DNA from: Octopus bimaculoides
Taxonomy: Eukaryota
Direction of reading: 5' to 3'
NCBI RefSeq assembly: GCF_001194135.2
Contig: NC_068986.1
Coordinates: 23,253,512 to 23,313,166, forward strand
Length of the DNA stretch: 59,655 nt
The position numbers and the translations under genes were made by a program. This document shows, piece by piece, positions 36,467 through 44,803 of the stretch (the first letter of the stretch is position 1; every line of letters starts with the position of its first letter). The notes beneath the pieces are model-generated. The model saw only the letters and a list, made by a program, of their open reading frames with translations. It made no database searches and was not told the DNA's origin.

Positions 36467-39400
36467 TATATGTACACACACACACACAATTATATGTACA
36501 CACACACTCACACATACAATTATATGTACACACACATATATAAGCACAGATGTGGCTGTGTGGTGAGAAGCTTGTTTCCCAACCATATGGTTCAGGGTTC
36601 AGTCCCACTGCATGGCACCTTGGGCAAGTGTCTTCTACTATAGCCTCAGGCTGACCAAAAGTTTGTGAGTGGATCTGGTAGACGGAAACTGAAAGAAGCC
36701 CGTTGTATATATGTATCTCTACATCTATGTGTCTGTGTCTTTGTATCTGTGTTTGTTCCCCCACCACAGCTTGACAACCAGTATTTGGTGTATTTATGTC
36801 CTGGTAACTTAGTAGTTTGGCAAAAGAAACTGATAGAATAAGGACCAGGCTTTAAGAAAAAAAAAAAAATACTGGAGTAGATACATTTGACCAAAAATTC
36901 TTCAAAGTGATGCCCCAGCATGGTCGCATTCAAATGACTGGAACAAGTAAAAAATTAAAGACACAGATGCACACGTATATTATTCTCTTCTTATTCTTCA
37001 TAATCTTCATTTAACGTCCATTTTCCAAGCTGGCATGGGTTGGATTGATTGACATGTTCTGATGGGTCCAAGGGTTGTGTCATACTTCAGTGTCTGTTTT
37101 AGCAAGGTTCCTATGGTTGGATGCCCTTCCTAACACTGACCACTTTACAGTGTGTACTGAGTGCTTTTCTCGTGAGGTCGTCATGCAGCTTGCAACCCCG
37201 TGTAACCCGAGGGAAGGGGCTTCTTACAGATGAAGGTTAATGTGTGGGGAAAAGGAGTTGGATGAGAGGAGCTTCTTGTAGGGTAGCCATAGGGATGCTT
37301 AGGAGAGTGCTAGAAATGAATCAGTTGCAGCTGTAAAGAGACAAATAATGGTGTGATGGGGCTGTCTGGGCGGCACCTCAGGGTATGAGGTGAGTGGGAA
37401 CTGAGGAACTAGGTGTGGGTGAGGGTTTGTAAGAGTGTTTGAGGGAAGGTATAGAGGAAGCAAGAGAGGGGAGGTGAGGGCAATGCCTGTGAGGATTGAG
37501 CAAAGTTGAAGGGTGGATATAGGGGTGGGTGTTGCCAATGGTAGCTGTATTGAGGAGGCAAAGGGATACAAGAAGTAATAAGATAGTAATGATGGTATAC
37601 TTCATATGGGGTGGAGGGCAAGAGAGATATGATGTGTTTGGGTAAGCTACAGGGAAAGAAGAAGGGTTAGGGGAGGAGGAGGAGGTGGAGTGGTATCAGG
37701 AGGGGTAGCCATGATAGCCGCAATGGGAGAGGTGTGGGGGTCAATGTGAGGAGGAGCTGAGATGAGTGAACCAGGACTGTCTAAATAAAGGTGACATGAG
37801 ATCAGCCAGTACCGAGGAGCAGCAGTCACTGTGGTTGTTGTAGAAAAGGCAGAAAGAGGAGGCAGTAGATTTGTAGGTCAGAAGTTAAAGTATATTTGTG
37901 GGTGACTTGATGCAAACCAACTGAGTGGCCTGTTTTTGGGTGTGGTCTTAGATGTCTATCTGTGTAGCAGCTGCATGTTCCCACAAAACATACACACAAT
38001 CTCATGTGCAGTTGACATATAGACACTCCCCCCCACTATGCAAGGGCATTATTCTTCATGTGCAGGTGCACAATGATTCCAAACTTACAAAATTTTTGTG
38101 ATATGGCTCCACAACAAGGAACAATGAAACATCTTCCAAAGACGCCAGTTCTCTTTCTTATCAGCAACATCAGAGAATATTGAACAGAAACAACAATCTT
38201 ATTCAAGAATATAAAGATATTGCACACATACAGAAGACCAAAATACTGAGAGTTCCATACAACACATGCAACTTTACTAAGTACAGGGTTTGGTGAATAA
38301 ATTATACAAAAATGAAAATAACGCTGACATCTCATTTTAACAGATATACTTACCAAAATACATTAAAATATCTTGAAATACTAAAGAGTAAATTTATTCA
38401 ATAAAATCACCATTGGCTTCAACCACAGTCTCCAGACGACTTTAGAATCTCCTGCAACTGTTCTGGACAGTCTCTACTACTCATTGCAGACAAGTGTACA
38501 CTACCCCTAAAACAAAACAAAAGATACAATGTGTATACAAAAATTAGCAACTGCACCAATAGCATGATTATGTCTGAAGCAATTTTCACCTATGCGAATT
38601 GCAGAGCATCTGTCACACACTCACTGAGTTCACCTTGCTAGTGTCTTTCTTCAGTGGCCATCACCTGAATCTACATGCTTCCATACATAAACAAGCTGGA
38701 TACTGAAATGTGTATAACATTTCCTGACTACAATACAGCATTTTATGATAAACTATTGCTTGGCAAAGGCTGATACTGCAGATGGAAACAGCTTGATAAT
38801 TGATCTTTAACTCATGTACATAGATTAAATTCATTTGTGAAGCAACATAGAGTAACCAATGTAAGTCTCCCTATGAACTTCCACACAACCACATATTTTA
38901 GATGTTTAGCATGTGCTAACTACAGACCCTCAATAGCTGTAGTTCTGAAATTTTTTAATATCCAGACCTGACCCAAAACCTGGATTTTTTAGGGGGATGC
39001 ACCAAAATAGTAAATCACAAGTCAGTTAAAGAAACATTTATTATATTTATGGAGGGAAAACCGTTGGAAGCTGCTGGAAGGATGATGAGGGCCGCATGCG
39101 GCTTTGGGAGATGCAGTTGAGAACACTGATCTATATGGTCCTTCAGCCAGCTTGAAGGACCATATAGATAAAAATCTCACATTCATCTTACCTAAAGAAG
39201 TCTGCATTTAGACCCTAATATATGAAAAAAAAAAAAACTGAATAGTCACAACACAAACTCCATGGGTCATAAATTTGCTTTATGAAAACTGGAATAAATC
39301 ACGGACTGTACAAATAGCTAAATCCTTATGGGACATAACTACTAGCTATTTGGAAGATATCAAGAGTTATTTCCCTTGAATATTTTTTTTTTAGCCGGGT

Positions 39401-41721
39401 TTTTGTTACATGTAGATTTTTGTTTCTCCCTATCTTTCGTTGCTTTCTTTATCATGTGTTTTCCCTCATTTACTGTCTTTTGTACTCTCTTTTCTTCTCC
39501 CTCATTTCATTGTACATCTAGCCTCTTTTATCACTGATCCAGAATAATACGGTACACACAATTCTGAACTGTGTCACACTTATCATGGATCGATCTGTGA
39601 TAACACAGGTCGGCAATCAGTCAAAGATTTCTGCTTGTACTGCCAAAAACGCACCTCAGCGAACACTTGCAATGCCCTGCCACCCAGAATGCACTGACAA
39701 TTGCTCGTATTTGCATGACTGTGCTGTGAGGCTGCATACTTTTTAGACATTCATGTACCCATCATCAGGTGACCGGGGAACAGAGGAAATATGAAGGCAC
39801 CTAATTCTAACAAATGACACAGATGAGTGTATTCTCTATGAGAAAAGATGGAGAAGATCAAGAAAATACATGACAGTAGAAACTTCATTGATGTGGTCTG
39901 CAAATTTGGTGTCAATGGATTTTCCATTTGTTCCATATTGAAAGTGTGTGGATGATTCATTTGTAATGAACCCTGGCGGCTACAACGGGAAGCAAAACAG
40001 AGAAGGGATTTAACGAGAGTAATCTCCCTCGAGCTTCTAGAATGTTTGAGAGCTTTCTGGAAGCTTCCGGTTTACGTGGAAGTTGGGGACTTCTGGTTCA
40101 TTTCTTATATAAAGCAAGGAAAACTAAATTTGTGCCACTCCATGTCTGTCTAGCCTTAGGCTGGCATCGAGTCAAGCTGCCACACTTTACGTCCGCTCAT
40201 ACACACATTCGCCTCACTTACTTGGAGACATGTAAATGCAAACAGAACATATTCATGTAATATTATAAGCTTTCCTTCAATTAACCTTGTATGTTAACGC
40301 ATTACCTCCAGTAATAAAAGTTAGGACTTATTACAGGTATCTTATTACAGGTATTGTAGTGTGTCATTAAATCAGTGTTACCACCAAAAATGGATAACTC
40401 TGACATCACTATACATTCATCACTGTTTGTTTTTGGGGAACCACATCCCTATGATAAACAAAGATAGATGTAATTCTTTTTTACTACCCTTATTTTTTCC
40501 CCCTTTCATTTACCTATCTTACCAGTCCTAACTTGCTGGCTGGGGCGATTCCTTGGCCATTAGATATGATTGTGTGCTGTGAGAAGATAATTGACCTGAT
40601 GTTTCAGACGAAGGCATCTCTCACAAACATCAAAACTGGATTGATTACTCCCCCCCCCCCACACACACACAAACATGCATACACATGTTTATTAATATGT
40701 GCAAATGTGGGTTTATATTTATGTTTTTGTGTACATGTGTGTGTATGTACATGTGTGTCTGTGTTTTGTGTGCTAGCATGGAAAACGGATGTTAAATGAT
40801 GATGATGATGATGGGAGTGGTTGGCATTAGGAAGGGCATCCAGCTGTAGAAACTCTGCCAGATCAGATTGGAACCTGGTGCAGCTATCCGGTTCACCAGT
40901 CCTCAGNNNNNNNNNNCTATCCGGTTCACCAGTCCTCAGTCAAATCGTCCAACCCATGCTAGCATGGAAAGTGGATGTTAAACGATGATGATGATGATGA
41001 TGATGATGATGATATGTATTTATGTATCTGTATTTATGTATATACATGATGATATTTAATGTAAATTTCATGTTTTTAAGTATGCTTTTTTATTATTTAT
41101 ATATATGTTGTGTATGTCTGTGTGTGTGTCTGTGTGTGTGTGTTGGTTGTGTGTGTGTGTGTATGTGTTTATGTGTAGCTGGTAAGCTGTGTATATGTGA
41201 AATATTTGGAACCAGGAATGTTTCAGATTTTAGACTGATTTTATATTCACATCTGTAAAATAGAACGGCTTGAGGAATAAGCTCCACATCTGAATACGTT
41301 ATCTATTTACATTCATAATATGGCTTTTATATATTCCATTAAGTTAAGTTTCATATCAATTCGATGTTAGTCCTGTTGTACATGTAACAATTTTATTTTG
41401 GCAACATTTTGCTTTTCACCAAAACAAATCCACTCTATCACACATTGATTTCAGCTTGGCAGCCACATGACATGGCTACACACCACTTTCACTGTTTAAT
41501 CTATACCTTCATGTTTTTCTCACCTATAATAGTCTGTTGGCTTTCAAACCTTTCCTAGTGCTTTCATATTCACTTTGCATTCGCTTTGCTCCTCTCACCT
41601 GAAAAAATTTCAGACTTTGGAATTTTGGATAAAGAATAAGTAACTCCGTGTATGTGTGTTTGTATATGCAAGTTTGTATGTATATATGCTGCTCTGTCTC
41701 TGTCTTTGCCTGCATAAATGT

Positions 41722-41781
<60 letters not shown>

Positions 41782-42084
41782 ATACATATACATGCATATT
41801 GTCAGTTAAATACATTTTGAAATCTGATGATTACTATGAATGTATGAAAGCACTAATTGAATTTTATGAACATTACAAAATATCTTTTTAATGTTTAACA
41901 TACTTCAACATTGTAAAAAAATTGTTTTTAAATATAATAATAAAAAACGTGACAACCAGACCAGGTTGTAACTTTATTTAATACCTATTTACACAAATTT
42001 GGAAAAAAATGAATGTATGTCAGTCATTCTATCTCTGTTTCTCTTTTGTATATATATATCTGTGTGGGTGTGTGTGTATGTGTG

Positions 42085-42126
<42 letters not shown>

Positions 42127-44769
42127 TATAAGGACTAGAATCGAAGGGCCTTAGAGTCAACCTCGCTAAAACCAAAGTCCCAATAAGTAGGAAGGTAGAC
42201 AAAACACAAATCCCTTCAGGTAGATGGCCCTGCTCGATCTGTAGAAAAGGTGTAGGCAGAAACTCTATAAGATGCACCAAGTGCAAGCTATGGACACATA
42301 AGAGGTGCAGCAATATCAAAGGAAGGTTAACTAGGAAGTTAGTTTTTGTATGTAGCAGATGTTCAGGAGCAATAAACATTGTGAATGTGCAGAAAACAAC
42401 TGCTGTCACGTTCCAGGGAGAAAAACTAGACGTAGTTGATAGTTTCCGCTATCTAGGTGACCAAGTTTGTAGTGGGGGAGGGTGCGCTGAAAGTGTAGCT
42501 GCTAGAATAAGAATAGCCTGGGCAAAGTTCAGAGAGCTCTTACCTCTACTGGTGACAAAGGGTCTCTCGCTCAGAGTAAAAGGCAGACTGTATGACGCAT
42601 GTGTACGAACAGCCATGCTTCATGGCAGTGAAACATGGGCTGTGACTGTTGAAGACATGCGTAGGCTCACAAGGAATGAAGCCAGTATGCTCCGATGGAT
42701 GTGTAATGTCAGTGTGCATACTAGAGAGAGCGTAAGCACCTTGAAAGAAAAGTTGAACCTAAGAAGCATCAGTTGTGGTGTGCAAGAGAGACGATTGCGC
42801 TGGTATGGTCATGATGTGGCGAGAATGGATGACAATAGCTGTGTGAAAAAGTGCCACTCCCTAGCAGTTGAGGGAACCTGTGGAAGAGGTAGGCCCAAGA
42901 AGACCTGGGATGAGGTGGTGAAGCACGACCTCCGAACATTGGGCCTCACTATATATATGCCTACTATATATATCTATATATAGATGCCTACTATATATAT
43001 CTATAGTCTAGTTTACAAACTTTTCAGAATTTTTGGTTCATGGGTATATATAATCCAAGTGGGTACCAATATGCACTTCTACTGATTGATAATGCTGGTT
43101 AGCATGTTTGAGTTTATGTACTTTCAGTTGGTTGATTTACCTATTCTTTGTACATTGTCCTGCCCGACAACCCATTTGTCTCTAAAGAGACTGTATGCTT
43201 TCTGGTAGAGGAGAAATAATAGTGACTCAGTTTATAAGAAATTAAATGACTGCATAAATAAAAAAATTGGTTATTCTCCATTCTCTCTTTTCGTTAAACA
43301 AATTCATTATTATAAATATTATATATTTGATATATATATATGTATANNNNNNNNNNNNNNNNNNNNNNNNNNNNNNNNNNNNNNNNNNNNNNNNNNNNNN
43401 NNNNNNNNNNNNNNNNNNNNNNNNNNNATATATGCATATATGTGTGCATATATGTGTGTGTCTATATATTTATGTTGTATGTGCATATTTACATACAACA
43501 TGAGGTGTTTTAGCACAAAGTCTGTGTAGAGCTGTCTTGGCTATTTTCCATTAAAAAAAAAAAAAAATTAAAATTAAAATGTTCTTCAGTTTACAACTAA
43601 TTCGGTCACATAATTTATTGTTGTTTTTGTTTATTACCAACTTAGCTCCAATTGATTAAATCTCTAATCAAAAATTGTTTCACTTGTGATCATCTCATCT
43701 CATTCTCATATATAAATCTATTGAGGGATATGTAATTTAATGTGCTTTTTTTATTAAAATAATATAATGTGCTTTGAGGGGTATTTGGTTGTTAATTCTA
43801 GCATCTTAAGCAACTACATAGAAGCCTTCCTTATCGGCTTCTAAGTGTCTTTTTCTTATAATAGAATAATAGAATCTATTTTGAAGAATATTTGGTTGTT
43901 AATTCTAGTAACTTCAGTGACCACAGAGAAGCTTTCCCTGTTGGCTTCTATGTGTCCTTTTCTTATAATAGAATAACAATGTGTTTTGAGGAATATTTGG
44001 TTGTTAATTCTAGCAGCTTGGCAACCACATAAAACCCTTCCCTATTGGTTTCTGTGTGCCCTTCTTTTCTTATAATCGAATAATAGAATCTATTTTGAAG
44101 GATATTTGGTTGCTAATGCTAGCAACTTTGGCGACCACAGAGAAGCCTTCCCTGTTGGCTCATAGTAGCACTGTTTTATCACTCCATTGGTTCCTGCATA
44201 ACGGTCGAAATGTATGCTATGTTTGTTGGCATCCTCATACTTTCATAAACACCCTTTAACCCTTTCCATGCCAAATAATGTCGATAAAGCAATACAAACT
44301 CTGTAGTTTGTTCAAACCTGCTTTATCTGGCTTTGCTGATATATTTTTTCGCGTTGCAGGCAAATCTCTACTAAATCATGCAACATGTCAAATATTTTGC
44401 CTCTTTTCTTTTTTTAATTTTTTATTTATTTATTTTTATTTATTTTATTTTTTTTGAAAATTTAGTTTCATCATTTTATCATTTTTCTATGAATGCATTA
44501 ACACATTTAGCACCTTTAAGTATTATGAATGCTAATCATTTGCTGTTAGCTTTTTGTATACACATATACACATATCAACATCTTTATCAATCTATATTTA
44601 TGTATATCTACTTATATATATATATATATATATATATATCAGTTTTTTCTGTAACTCTCTCTCCCTCTATCTCTATATGTTCTTCACCTCTCTCCTGCTT
44701 TCTGTGTGTGAGTATGCATACATACATGCACAGATGCATCATACATACATACATACATACATACATACA

Positions 44770-44803
<34 letters not shown>

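Noticed and set aside
37260-38020. Purine-rich stretch with several minus-strand ORFs
   Set aside because: No recognisable protein motif. It is probably a very old retroelement remnant that I cannot assign.
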